Source: a virus
Taxonomy: Duplodnaviria > Caudoviricetes
DNA length: 64,000 bases
Reading direction: 5' to 3' (one strand)
IMG/VR virus record: IMGVR_UViG_3300026549_000063
Span: 21,643 to 85,642 of that record
Made by a program: the position numbers and the translations under genes. Below the pieces are notes generated by a model. That model saw only the letters and a program-made list of their open reading frames with translations, was not told where the DNA came from and searched no databases. Numbering within the stretch: the first letter of the stretch is position 1; every line of letters starts with the position of its first letter. Shown here piece by piece: positions 11,401-19,784 of this stretch.

Positions 11401-14249
11401 TTGCTAAGCAGTCGTATAAGTACGATCCTAAGGATATACCTACTTCTGCTGAAGCATTCAAATACTTCGCTAGAATTTACAACTCTGATAGGAATCAACT
11501 TACTGCTGACATTATTTCGCTAGTAGACAAAGAAGCTAAAGCTATCGATGACTACTGGAGTTCCAAGGGAATAGAATATTCCGAAGCAGCTCTTACTAAG
11601 TGGTTTGATGATAAGAAAGCTGCTGCTGAGAAGACAGCTGATCACAAAGCCATGGCTAATGGTGGTGTTATTGACTGGCTCAGAGGCGGTGTAGTCAAAG
11701 GCAGAACTGATATCGGAAACGTTACGGTTGGCGAAGCTGGTGCTGAAACTGTATTACCTCACAAGGGCGGTGGAAGATTTAACCAACTTCTAACTAACGC
11801 TATACGTTCCACTTACGGTGCTAGGACAGCAAGCGCAGTTGACGATATACTTAATGGCAAGAGAACTATCAAAGCTTTACTTAGAGATGGCTTAGATGAT
11901 AGAGGCCTTAGAGGTATAACGTTATCTCCTACTGACTTAATCCTGTACAATCTGTACAAGAAGTTCTTCCCTAAGCCTAGTGAAGTACTAGCCGGATCGG
12001 CTAATGGCGATAAAACTGAAACTGAAGATTCTACCGTAAACGACACTTGGTTAGATAAACTCAAACGAGGAGATGTAGCCGGTGCGATAAAAGATAAAGC
12101 AACTGAGATCTATGAAGGTACGACTAGTAAAATAGCACATGCAGCCGGACGTATCTTTGGTAAAGATACTGAAGCTGTAATAGCTAAGGAAAATAAAGCC
12201 AGAGTAGCAGCACAGGCAGCTGTCAGTGACGATAGTACCCTTAAACTAGGTGCCAGAATCTGGAAATACTTCACTAGCCACGGCTGGAGCGAATCTGCTG
12301 TAGCTGGACTGCTCGGTAACTTACAGAAAGAATCTGGTGTTGAATGTATACGTGTTCAGAATGATGTTTCCAGAGACCGTAAGAAGAGTATCGATTACAC
12401 TAACAGTGTAGGTTCTGTCAGAGATCAATTTATCAAAGATAGTAAAGGATACGGCTTAGCACAATGGACAACCTCGAATAGAAAAGCAGGTCTTTGGGAT
12501 CTTGCTGTAAGCAGAGGTAAATCTGTCGGTGATGCTGATGTTCAGATAGAGTTCCTCTTTACTGAATTTGAGCGAGGAACACCAGCTGATAAAGAACCTG
12601 GCAGCAAACTATGCAACGTAATTGGAAAGAACTCACTAGCACAACTTAAGAAGAGCCAAGATGTACAAGAAGCTACTTGGATAGTTCTTAGTCAGTTTGA
12701 GAAACCTTATGTAATATTACACGGAAAGGAAGAAGCGAAAGCAGCTGAATTACAGGAACGTTACACTAACGCAGTAGCCTGGTTCACCAGACTCTCGAAA
12801 GGTAAAGTTAATGCTATTAAGACAGAAGATATGCCTGAAATTCAGACTGACGATAATACCCGTGACGCAGCCGGTGGTGTATCTTACAAAACCTCAGCTG
12901 ATATCAGTGCTTCGGATAATGCTCCATCAAGCGTAGCTGGAGCTGTAAGTGGTATCACAGGATCTGGTCAGCCTTCAGTTAGTTATACTAACGGGCAAGG
13001 TGGAGCAGGAGTAGGCATTCTCAAAGAAGAGAATCTACAACTGTCTTCTGCTGATCTACCTGCAGATGCAGCTGATGCTCTAAACAAGCTGCGTGGTCTG
13101 CGTACGATGAAAGGCTCTACTACTATCTACGGCGGCGGTGGCTGGAAATCGGTAGCACAACTCACACCTGAACTGATCAAACGTCTGTATATAGCTGGTA
13201 AACTCTACGAAGATGATAAAGGTGATAAAGCCAGAGGCTGGACTATAACTTCAGCTTACCGGTCTTATCAGGATCAGGCAAGAATACATGCAAGGCAGCC
13301 TGGTAACTCGGCTTTACCTGGTCGTTCAGCACACGAATCGCACTACGCTGTAGATCTCGGTGATGCTAACGGCGGTGGCGTCATGGGTAAAGGCTACAAC
13401 GTAAGAAATACTGTTGCAGATGAACTGGAACCGTATCTCAACGCTGTTGGTATAACCCGTGTCTATAAGCCTAAGCATAACGAAGAACAACATTTTGAAT
13501 TAAAGAGAAGCGGATTACCCGATATCTCGAAGTTTATCAATACGGCTAATGCTAAATCAGCTATAACCGAAAGTAAACAAGAGATAAATAAAGAACCTAA
13601 GACAGATAGCTCACCGACAGATAGTAAGGAAGATGCTGCTGTTAAAGCTGCTAATAGTACAGGTAAAGATACCTCTATAGCTGAGCCGGAAGTTGCATCT
13701 GCAGCAACAGGAGTAACTTATCCAGATAGTTATAGCGGTGAAACTAAACAGTTAGTTGCAGACAGAGCCGCAGCTAATGCAGCTGCTGATGCTGCAGCGA
13801 CTACTTCAACTACAACTGATACTGCAACCCAGCAGATACAATCCAATGCTCCTAAGATAACAACAACTAGCGTTGCCAACAACGTAGCTGAGGTTAACAA
13901 CGGAAGTGCTGGTATGCTTACAGCTCTTAATTACCAAAGTACTATACTTGAAGCAATTAAGAATTCTGTAACTAATATCTGCAAAACTATGCAGCCCGGT
14001 GATACTAAGAATAACAACAGTAGTTCTACTACTGTCACTAAGCCTGCAACTAATAGTAATGATTTAGCTAATGTAATAGTTAACGCTATGAGAGAAGGTT
14101 TCGCAGCGATGAGTGAACAGCTGGCGCAGGTACTTAAGGCTAATACCCTTACCACATCAACTGGAAATACATCTATGCAGCCTACTACTAGAAAAGTGCA
14201 AATAAAAGAATTTCCTGTAAATACAGCTAAAACAAAACAACATAGATAG
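2439..14249 (+). CDS. Giant tail/tape-measure-like protein with phage-tail-lysozyme and M15 peptidase domains
   Basis: 3936 aa, RBS AGGAGG, long helical Ala/Gly/Lys-rich body. Has an ANGG...GEAGAE motif, a lysozyme-like GWSESAVAGLLGNLQKES...GYGLAQWT block (~12250-12790) and an M15-like ITSAYRS...SAHESHYAVD...HFE block (~13240-13500). Confidence 0.85.
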   Translation: MSFFDKKSKDPTSKDAKHEFDRDNLDSELDDLLNDNFDYQSDEDIVDPDKRHPIIKKLRDVGIDVDAIKSNALEGAGEGIKNAIDKSMPNVSRTWEGGQNLLSELDTLKTESLDKIIPAYNATMRSAKRMATSLAGRLPFKLDKKIAALIDKIHEPDEGGYEPKSKDQIREESQKNAMAAIFQAEQQERVEDKREATIEKTFDRRVGQIHHQETASILNVIRNQSVFQTAFTRGTFTAYLKKDLELKYKQLYATQDLLESHKLMVKSFQERLDAIRKNTALPDVDKITSTELIKKKVKEGLLNTVGNKLGSYFGDMRKNIMEQYVKPFISQMEMGTTAMDMLGGNMDMMLGKAPEEFQWSDVGRMGLNFGVKKVFSGFTKQLTNKMLDSLDPATRAKVEGYLSLGENGIKLLINDYAAGRIGDPDKLSGLKDFLANITPDLRQSDEISTSNYADLDKGGKLSNRTILTIEKIIPAYLRSQTKYLEILATGNTNAEEQVWDFKKNQLTTTSAYVESVQKELAGSRNTLLYERQGNLNSARDLLETNFKKQNAALYKEMDKQLANYADGITAVMGGMAASNYAIDHGGDEILLDFQRIKSSLEAENTDYEDNALFKAAYGNVKPDKVLNVTEWFIKLLTDPKTNELNKGMALQLRNKINEISINSTNREANVMLATMADQDASISKKVNVTHTDKYGRTYIDRNKVNNLREQYNGSLTAKEIAGSTLNTKAQMRREAYNRMSAADQAKEDRAIRRVENFLYTDEGKEALKKFLTEDRAGKKIFKEYQRNNPGKTVDEAIKDNDPDLLNEVKYAPGMRAKAAGKAGSFFEMIGKFFGAEGLENIGAAAADKAYDVAMSNALKVINKFGKSLGDIRSVFVDENGHVRKLDNIDETVITNWLMSVPDKVKFLQLVESNRELQIVIDQMPDFAWEAINYLKANPDEFDNLSSDEAGIDKLSNNIENFENNEQNKIAQDFTQTTKSKSLRNLNRSYRKANVRAPKGPKPSGRNGNTQPNGGLNTAAFNNLVTLTQTQNATVDFIKSDVSKIAALLDQHFGGNGGAGNTQPNGNGPNGPSGSPTPTSIDLSTLSGSLNIDNVDMRTGIGNLDKSVSKMLDFMKHNTDTLDNLYKTAEKITTEHKKSSRERGRSNNKAMLSVVKAIAADVVEIKENTGKSANDIASIRTNTDPTEAAAQDKKKKKGLFNTIFVQPLAAAIKGSVAGLSFALNNATSMIYTLFTGKKLKKGFGDFGSKLGSAGHGIVDLGGSAISSVIKFIKDIHPFEKVTKVASTAFNAAAGQVAQTYSGLTRAYDDVYSSRQQDKSKPLVSGEAFRDGLVVDAKGHKVRTVYDIKGPCYQWDKENNRIGNMLISSEDITEGEGLIFADGKPIKSSFLSRFASKVRRVGTIATDAIFSLPGLVGGALKKAMKLTSWLFTKRDPFIDVYIIDKDTAEFKKVINGKDLVNNKTTRKYVVKGFGPGDWVPVKSAYGIEKEVYEFKDGSYQVIIDDDDLKNGLYDANGNRLTKWRGASIAGKAAQVAGKAMRIAGSLALKGVKLAGKAIKGAAGKVMKLFRGGLHVLGESGTAVGKFITSAFSSVVSTLTGFGITRNDLIDIIGDRLIDIYELLDARMPGGSVAGDNDGSGYRDGSYRDYQKRKEEERKKRKQKQEEQEKKKNKDKAEMAADGEPNDGPEEADENNSSGEGGSSIWDWMMAASGISALKDTAGGWWEKKKQNGLRRARIARRRAGRRLRSMGRAAGRGIRGGARMMGRAAGTMLGGVGRAAGAVLGGAGRAAGTVLGAGARGVLGLAGGALRLGGGLLGLTGRVAAGLLSGPIGWALTLGTVGYYTYKLASDSGTTKLFRIPRAKAYGLTTKQWEAFEDLETDTYNAWKNGQEGVDNDRLEQFGEKIDFIGGMGYFDAGDDDSEANKIEFLTQWYRARFLPAYKDYVKIICQVTNNDGKKQPKADDVDASKAYAVKQALDKALEKYASGPASKLVPNKQCFIKWLADRRKDAKFREKEEQRNRNKEFSKSNFSRAGKDFSYSWNELKHGNLLNATYAFGKGIRDSIFGLFGSIADMAKDFYSEDVSSYDQAWREAKLVAYNFKKKEAAINRNKEVGIPFGPIGIAFDLTRSLVTGITTTDKIEFLDNLEDKARPIVDQERPDLDRTELTELADELIPDEEIKASAKKFGGNTKEVEDAKVDYISTWWNRIFMPIFTMYLRALRAVTKTDIGDKPHLNSVPKEIRAQTIDAFKKGASDYKSKNKLFDLIPTAKGYAEWYMAIDKTAIDSATTVRRSKSVGEKVTEAFQGTGHQFGEAWDKLWEGDFKGSWRSLTKGTKKLLTGIGKSITGIGESIGDYFYGRGSNTVEKNSWRELRYKYYNYPNATIGVEDPTTKARLAAIEELEKKALATVEEGEDAANNLINTGLDDKVLEKFGITIGFIRPKKGIANSRGRRGNVRAQVDYSDKDNKWAKDFIRYWVEHVFLPVYKDYVTIVSIYTEREPGDNVNPDDIKKEEREEAMEYFKKAASPKAAKYKDYPMSSKGYVKFIKELLAYEKATAEGKGNAPVTSAVSATLAANSEKNKNEVTNRINSVTTGMGKDGDKGVAEATTKAASTLDQDIAIVTRSSGSNPKSMAAYLGVPDAEDKKIPAKWKNILTAGSIKTQFFQARLRSYSNVLGTPPGVYLGDTFKDNLEGKWFRAFRDLFDKVTSGRNAQDSLEKSLFDYQNNGASSTFAENVSKLAAFTFFQLGNPDAVRIAASKWEHPSWMDPDGNRTNPDISKNIDDCIQYINNDLKKMGRKTEDDVAVADWLESVVDKLNKWANIVREWVSWVINPVFAYYTSFVNKLTGHDDTVMPDPTAIPAAQRRNALIMFLTRAEKICSSASRPYLRDFNLGTGLFNIPVAQIMEAYDKFTAKDNTANNIGTKGSIKRNGAPGSDKNTNKDNDKSKDNAAEPANNEGAAGKSGSTQSGTQSPNANGTGANPEQTMSDLAKQSYKYDPKDIPTSAEAFKYFARIYNSDRNQLTADIISLVDKEAKAIDDYWSSKGIEYSEAALTKWFDDKKAAAEKTADHKAMANGGVIDWLRGGVVKGRTDIGNVTVGEAGAETVLPHKGGGRFNQLLTNAIRSTYGARTASAVDDILNGKRTIKALLRDGLDDRGLRGITLSPTDLILYNLYKKFFPKPSEVLAGSANGDKTETEDSTVNDTWLDKLKRGDVAGAIKDKATEIYEGTTSKIAHAAGRIFGKDTEAVIAKENKARVAAQAAVSDDSTLKLGARIWKYFTSHGWSESAVAGLLGNLQKESGVECIRVQNDVSRDRKKSIDYTNSVGSVRDQFIKDSKGYGLAQWTTSNRKAGLWDLAVSRGKSVGDADVQIEFLFTEFERGTPADKEPGSKLCNVIGKNSLAQLKKSQDVQEATWIVLSQFEKPYVILHGKEEAKAAELQERYTNAVAWFTRLSKGKVNAIKTEDMPEIQTDDNTRDAAGGVSYKTSADISASDNAPSSVAGAVSGITGSGQPSVSYTNGQGGAGVGILKEENLQLSSADLPADAADALNKLRGLRTMKGSTTIYGGGGWKSVAQLTPELIKRLYIAGKLYEDDKGDKARGWTITSAYRSYQDQARIHARQPGNSALPGRSAHESHYAVDLGDANGGGVMGKGYNVRNTVADELEPYLNAVGITRVYKPKHNEEQHFELKRSGLPDISKFINTANAKSAITESKQEINKEPKTDSSPTDSKEDAAVKAANSTGKDTSIAEPEVASAATGVTYPDSYSGETKQLVADRAAANAAADAAATTSTTTDTATQQIQSNAPKITTTSVANNVAEVNNGSAGMLTALNYQSTILEAIKNSVTNICKTMQPGDTKNNNSSSTTVTKPATNSNDLANVIVNAMREGFAAMSEQLAQVLKANTLTTSTGNTSMQPTTRKVQIKEFPVNTAKTKQHR

Positions 14250-14254
14250 TAACT

Positions 14255-14294
14255 ACAAGGACTAGGGTTAAATTCCCTAGTCCTTGTTTTTTTT
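14255..14294 (+). terminator. Intrinsic terminator
   Basis: 13-bp stem ACAAGGACTAGGG/CCCTAGTCCTTGT followed by a T-run. Confidence 0.85.
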
Positions 14295-14334
14295 ACTATT
14301 AAATAGGTAATTACCCTATAAGAGGTATAAGTAA

Positions 14335-15534
14335 ATGGCATTAAGTGCTTTATTCCCTGGTATGGAAGCATACCTTGATGGTGATGTTGAGATCAACAAC
14401 AATGTTACTACCCCTGAAGATGATGCAGTAGCAGCTGCGGATCAGTCTGCTGAGATAGCTAATGATGTAGCTGATGCTAATGTAGAAGCTAAAGACTCTG
14501 AAGTACAAGCTCAGATGCTTATACAGATGAGTAAGCTATATACTCATGTTAAGACTTATGGTATCGACAGAACATTTGTATCACTGTATAATCAAAACGG
14601 TGAGTTAGATCGTATGTGTGGTATAAGATTCCCTAGTTGTGAATCTATGCCAGCTACTGGTAACCCTTATAGTCAGTATTCTTCTAGATTTATAGCTGCT
14701 ATGGAAGATGGTAATAAAGGAATTTGGGCAAGTATCAAAAAATTCTTTGCAACTATCTGGCATTGGCTTAAAACAACAGCTCAAACTGTTTGGCAAAAAA
14801 TAAAATCTCTCTTTGGCGTTAAAATTAAAGAATGTGATAAAGTTATTCTCGAGTTCGATAAGAAATGCGGCATGCTTGATGAAATTCAAGTTAAAGGGCT
14901 GTTTACCGTTGATAGGCTATCTGGCGCAGTCAAATCACTAGATAGCCTAATAAATTCATTGAATAATGATGACTTTATCGGGTCCCTAACACTATTATAT
15001 CAGTACACTGATAGCGTTAAAAAGCAAATGGCGGATGGCAACCATTCCGGTACCGATAATACAATTAACAAAATAACTTCTTTGGTCAAAGGAGAATTAA
15101 CTGAGCAGATAAACAATAGTATAAAACTACTGCAAGATCTAATTTCATCAAGTTCATTTGGTATTGGTAGTGATGAATCCAAAACAATGTCTGGCAAAGA
15201 AATTATTACACGTGCCAAAGAAATTATTGCGCACACTAAGAAGTCACAAACAAACGGATTTGAAGCTTTATTTAAGTTCTGGAATGAAGAAGCCGAGAAA
15301 TTACTAAAAGAAGCCAATTCTTTTATCGCGGCAATAGATCCTATGAAAGGCGGTGCCGGAGACAGTAGTGAAACAGTAGCTGCACAAGAAGCTGCCAATG
15401 CAATGATTACACTAGCAAAAAATATGCAAGAAAGATTAGAGAAACTTCAGAAAACCAGTATGAAAGGCTTGGATATGGTTAGTACCGTTATCGATGAGCT
15501 CAAAAGAATAATGAATACTTATAAGAATAAATAA
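14335..15534 (+). CDS. Putative internal head protein
   Basis: Acidic N-terminal region with GME and AME motifs resembling phiKZ head-protease sites, then a helical body. Confidence 0.55.
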   Translation: MALSALFPGMEAYLDGDVEINNNVTTPEDDAVAAADQSAEIANDVADANVEAKDSEVQAQMLIQMSKLYTHVKTYGIDRTFVSLYNQNGELDRMCGIRFPSCESMPATGNPYSQYSSRFIAAMEDGNKGIWASIKKFFATIWHWLKTTAQTVWQKIKSLFGVKIKECDKVILEFDKKCGMLDEIQVKGLFTVDRLSGAVKSLDSLINSLNNDDFIGSLTLLYQYTDSVKKQMADGNHSGTDNTINKITSLVKGELTEQINNSIKLLQDLISSSSFGIGSDESKTMSGKEIITRAKEIIAHTKKSQTNGFEALFKFWNEEAEKLLKEANSFIAAIDPMKGGAGDSSETVAAQEAANAMITLAKNMQERLEKLQKTSMKGLDMVSTVIDELKRIMNTYKNK

Positions 15535-15714
15535 TTCAATTTAGCTAAATCAGCAGATATATCTAGAGAGATCCCTATCCGGGATCTCTCTACTATAAAT
15601 GTTAATAGCGGTAAAACCAAAGATGCCAAAAAGCTGAATATCTCAGGTTTAATTTTCGCCCATCACTAACAAAACTATACTTTAGACATAATACTTACAT
15701 TGGAGAATTTGGCT

Positions 15715-17913
15715 ATGACAGAAAAATCATCAGAGATTAAATTCAATGAAAGGCTGTCAGATGGCGGTGACTGGCTATCTGAACCTTACATCATAAGTTT
15801 AGGTAAAAATTTTGAAAACCTAGAAGATAATTTCAAGAATATAACTAATGATTACGAAGGCGGCAACGGTAAAGAAAATTCTGTAGATTTCTTTAGTATG
15901 GCTGGCGATAGCACGAAAGATGATAGAACGCTTGCTCAGAATATGGTAAAACGTCCTTATCACCAGGATACTAGAGTTGGTGCTAATGACGCTATTAACT
16001 GTCTTTGGCAATTTAACAGAGATGATGACATTGTTCATCCTGTGTTAGTAACTGAAGGCCCTATAGGATCTAAACAACAGATAGGTATGGGCCGTGTATA
16101 TGCGTCCACTACTCAATACAATCAGCAAATATGCTGGTTCACTTTCGGCATACCCTATTTCACTAACCTTGGAAGATTTTATCAAACAGCATTCGATCAG
16201 GATCTCATAGGGTTAAACAATAACGCTATGGTCAGTACTGCTGAAAAAATAGGTCGTATCTTTGGAGGAGCTGTATCACTTGTTGTTACATTGCCTTGTC
16301 TACTCTTCAAAGGACCTTACTTAATGGGTAAGTTTACAAAAAAATACCCTGTTAATAGGTTCTACGAACTTCGTACTACTATGCATATGTATTATGGCTA
16401 TGTTGATAGTATACTGGCACGATGGTTAGTCGATACTGGTTTATGGTTTAACGGAGATTTTCAAGGTGGTACAGATGGTACCGGTTACGTACCTGCTGCA
16501 TTGCGTTGCACTGGCGCAAGTATTTGGGATATACTACGACGTAGAGCAAGAGTAGCTTCAACAAGTGTAAGCAGAACTAATTCTGGTGTACGGCCAGATA
16601 TGATGAATGTAGGACTAGATGCCTTCTATGAAGAACGTGATAAAGATTTAACAACTATTCCTGGAATGTATCAGCATGGTGCCGGAGGAGCTTCTGGTAC
16701 ATTAACTGAAGAAAAAATGAACAAGTTATTTGAGGTTAACGATCCTACTAATAATGATAATGATCTTAATAAAGTTCAGGAAAAAAGTAAGTCTTCGCCT
16801 CAGCAATCGGCAAATGGTAAAGCGGCAGGAGCATATGTAGCTAATGAAAATGCTAAAACATCATCAAGCAGCGGAGGTGTACTAGCAGGCGTAGGATCAG
16901 CAAGTGATAACTTAGATTACAACAATTATGTAAATAAGAGTACAGAAAAAACGCTGTTCTCTCCTGAGCCTAAAGATTGGGCATCTGAATTCTGGCACTC
17001 CATGTTAGGTGCTAGTGAATTCTTAGGATTCCGTATAACTAACAGTACCGATGCATCCGAATCATTTAGTAACTCTACTCAGGAATCAGCATTTGCCAGA
17101 GCTTACAACGAAAAAGTATCATCTGCTATGCATGTTCAGAATGATATCGCCGGAGGCGCTCAAGGAGCTGTGTCTGCAGATCAAAACTTCCTACAGAAAG
17201 GTGTAGGCATGGTAAAAAATCTGATTGGTGGCGTTCTTGGTGCACTTAAGTCATTCGACTGTTTAGGTATAACTGATTTAGGGCAAGCCCTCATGCAAGG
17301 CTCGTGGATAGACATACCTGAACAATATAGCGGATCTGATTTTAATAAAAGTCACTCACTATCTATACAGCTAAGATCTCCCTACGGGGATATGGTTAGT
17401 ATTTATCAGTCTATCATTGTACCTCTTGCCTGCTTGTTAGCCGGAACACTTCCGCGTGGTTCTGGAGAAAATTCCTATACGCAACCGTTCCTTTGTCGTG
17501 TATATTGCAAAGGTATGTTCGCCGTACCCATGGGCATCATCGATAGTCTATCTATTAAACGTGGTGACAGCGAATTCGGCTGGAACTACAATCAGATACC
17601 TCTATGTATAGATGTTTCACTATCTATTAAAGATATGTCTCCTATCATGTATCTAGCATTGAATGATAGCGTATACGGCGGAATCTTTGCAACTGATTCA
17701 ACTTTCAACCAATATCTAAATACTTTGTCTGGTATGGGACTGTTTGATCAGATTTCGGCATTCTCTAGAATAAAAAGAAATTTAGCTTACACCGCTCATA
17801 GACTTCGCAACAAAATATTTAACCCAGCATATTGGAGTTACTCTATTTCACAGTGGAACGTAGTCCAAGGCGTTGCTGCCGTACTACCGGTAACCTCCAT
17901 ACCAAAGAACTAA
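15715..17913 (+). CDS. Putative baseplate hub / tail-tube initiator structural protein
   Basis: ATG at 15715 after GGAG. C-terminal PFLCRVYCKG...GIIDSLSIKRG..GWN...IDVSLSIKD resembles tube-fold baseplate proteins. Confidence 0.55.
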   Translation: MTEKSSEIKFNERLSDGGDWLSEPYIISLGKNFENLEDNFKNITNDYEGGNGKENSVDFFSMAGDSTKDDRTLAQNMVKRPYHQDTRVGANDAINCLWQFNRDDDIVHPVLVTEGPIGSKQQIGMGRVYASTTQYNQQICWFTFGIPYFTNLGRFYQTAFDQDLIGLNNNAMVSTAEKIGRIFGGAVSLVVTLPCLLFKGPYLMGKFTKKYPVNRFYELRTTMHMYYGYVDSILARWLVDTGLWFNGDFQGGTDGTGYVPAALRCTGASIWDILRRRARVASTSVSRTNSGVRPDMMNVGLDAFYEERDKDLTTIPGMYQHGAGGASGTLTEEKMNKLFEVNDPTNNDNDLNKVQEKSKSSPQQSANGKAAGAYVANENAKTSSSSGGVLAGVGSASDNLDYNNYVNKSTEKTLFSPEPKDWASEFWHSMLGASEFLGFRITNSTDASESFSNSTQESAFARAYNEKVSSAMHVQNDIAGGAQGAVSADQNFLQKGVGMVKNLIGGVLGALKSFDCLGITDLGQALMQGSWIDIPEQYSGSDFNKSHSLSIQLRSPYGDMVSIYQSIIVPLACLLAGTLPRGSGENSYTQPFLCRVYCKGMFAVPMGIIDSLSIKRGDSEFGWNYNQIPLCIDVSLSIKDMSPIMYLALNDSVYGGIFATDSTFNQYLNTLSGMGLFDQISAFSRIKRNLAYTAHRLRNKIFNPAYWSYSISQWNVVQGVAAVLPVTSIPKN

Positions 17914-17918
17914 ACAGA

Positions 17919-17948
17919 AGCAGTGGGGTTCGTACGAACCCCACTGCT
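17919..17948. terminator. Bidirectional terminator (perfect 30-bp palindrome)
   Basis: AGCAGTGGGGTTCGT|ACGAACCCCACTGCT between convergent genes. Confidence 0.8.
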
Positions 17949-17953
17949 GATCT

Positions 17954-19492
17954 TTATTTCTCTACCCCATCGGCTTTATCAGTTTCCTGATCACCACGAT
18001 CCGTATCCATACAAACTTCATAAGCTGAAGCTATATGTTTAAGTTCGTCTATAAGTTCATCGCATACAGTAAGCAGAGTCTCTCTGCATTTAGTTATATA
18101 TGAAAACCTAGCAGAGTATACTTCCACAGCTTTCTTATTCTTCGAAACTACTTTCTTAATAGTATTACCTAATTCACCGAACATAGCTGCAAATTGTTTA
18201 GTGCGTGCAGGTGACACTATCTCGCCAAGATATTCAAGCTCTTGAAAATAATTAGATATAACATCAGGAGTATAACCTAGTTCGTAGACAGTTCCGCCTT
18301 TACGGGCTTTATTAAATCCTTCGAATTTAGCTCTATCGTCAGTAGCTGTCATATTAACGCCTATTAGTTTGAATTTAGCTGTTAAAACAGTCATAATCTT
18401 TTTGAAATCATCACCGCTAACTTTGTCAACATTCACCGAACTAATAGCTTTGGAAATTTCTATGCAGCCCTTACTCATACCTACCCAGTTCTTAGCAGGA
18501 AGAGCATCTACCTTCATGCTTTTAAGTTTCTCTTCGTCAACGTAGCTAAGATACTTCTTAAACTTCCATCTGTAAAACTTAGCAAGAGCTTTAGTGGTCA
18601 TCATACCTTTAACAGCACGTTTACCGGCTACCGAAAGATAATTAGCACATTTCTTAACAATAGGAACGGCTCCCTCAATCGTATCTCCTACAACTGATAC
18701 AATATCTTTAAGAAGTCCGCCTATACCGTAATTTGCAGTTTCTGGATCATTGAAAGTAGGAACATACTCCTCTAGACCAAATTCATACCACTTAGGCTTA
18801 GTATCATAAGGACTCATCATCTTAGCGTAGAATGAAGAACCTAAATCCCCTCCCAGATCTCCGCCAAGGTCATCACCACCACCAAGATCTCCTCCACCTA
18901 GATCTCCACCAGTACCACCTGATCCATTATTAGTATTGTCTACAGTAGGTTCAGCCGGTTCTACCTCGCTGTCTATGATAGCAGCGTCAGCTGCATCAGC
19001 AGTTCCTGGAGAACAGCCGGCGCAACCAGGATCTGGAGTCCCAGCCTGCGTGCCATATTCAAATTTTATCATACGAGTATGAAGTATATCGTACACCGAC
19101 ATCCGATAAAATGCAGTAGCTATCTTACTTTTATCTTTATCGTCGTCTTCGTCAGTAGCATGAAGATCAGCTGCTACGCTGGCAGTATCCTCATCTTCAG
19201 CCGAAGTGTCTTCAGTATTTTTATCTGTATCTTCTGTAGCTATAGATTCATCTGTACCGGTATCAGTGCCTAAATCGGAAGTATCGTCGGTTGTATTATC
19301 ATCGTCATTATGCTGTTCACGATACTCCTTATCGTCATCTTCATCATCTTTTTCTTCATCTTTTATCTGGTCTTCAGCTTCAGTAACTTCTTTGGGTTTT
19401 ACAGTGGGAGCTGGTGTTTCTGAGAATGACTGAATCTGTTCATTCTCTTTATCTTCTAGCTCAAATAGAGCCATCATAGTTGATTGATCCAT
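17954..19492 (-). CDS. Acidic low-complexity virion (probable internal head) protein
   Basis: D/E-rich N-half, GGDLGG repeats, ATE and GLE candidate cleavage motifs. Confidence 0.5.
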   Translation of the reverse strand: MDQSTMMALFELEDKENEQIQSFSETPAPTVKPKEVTEAEDQIKDEEKDDEDDDKEYREQHNDDDNTTDDTSDLGTDTGTDESIATEDTDKNTEDTSAEDEDTASVAADLHATDEDDDKDKSKIATAFYRMSVYDILHTRMIKFEYGTQAGTPDPGCAGCSPGTADAADAAIIDSEVEPAEPTVDNTNNGSGGTGGDLGGGDLGGGDDLGGDLGGDLGSSFYAKMMSPYDTKPKWYEFGLEEYVPTFNDPETANYGIGGLLKDIVSVVGDTIEGAVPIVKKCANYLSVAGKRAVKGMMTTKALAKFYRWKFKKYLSYVDEEKLKSMKVDALPAKNWVGMSKGCIEISKAISSVNVDKVSGDDFKKIMTVLTAKFKLIGVNMTATDDRAKFEGFNKARKGGTVYELGYTPDVISNYFQELEYLGEIVSPARTKQFAAMFGELGNTIKKVVSKNKKAVEVYSARFSYITKCRETLLTVCDELIDELKHIASAYEVCMDTDRGDQETDKADGVEK

Positions 19493-19604
19493 AGACTTAA
19501 TACACCTCGTATTGTCTATAACGAAAGTCTATTTTATAGCATGTAGTCCACAATTTGACTATCGTATACATGTGCGCACTGTTTATACTAAATAGGACAA
19601 AAAT

Positions 19605-19784
19605 ATGGAATCAAATACCGAGAAGCTAGTCAAGAGAACACTGGCTTACTTAATGAAATGCGATATGACTAGATCTGCTATTTCTAGCATAGGCGCATCT
19701 AACAGCGTCGATAAGACTTCATTATCGGCTATGATTTACGACTGCGTAACTGCTGACAAAAACTCCAAGGGAGGTAAACGCTAA
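19605..19784 (+). CDS. Small hypothetical protein (59 aa, not in ORF track)
   Basis: AGGA RBS, MESNTEKLVK...KGGKR, stop overlaps the next start (TAATG). Confidence 0.7.
   Translation: MESNTEKLVKRTLAYLMKCDMTRSAISSIGASNSVDKTSLSAMIYDCVTADKNSKGGKR

Noticed and set aside
18840-18925. CRISPR-like or DNA-level repeat arrays (GGDLGG tract; GRAAG tract at 7680-7920)
   Set aside because: Degenerate in-frame coding repeats with no constant repeat-spacer structure. No CRISPR array or cas gene was seen in the window.
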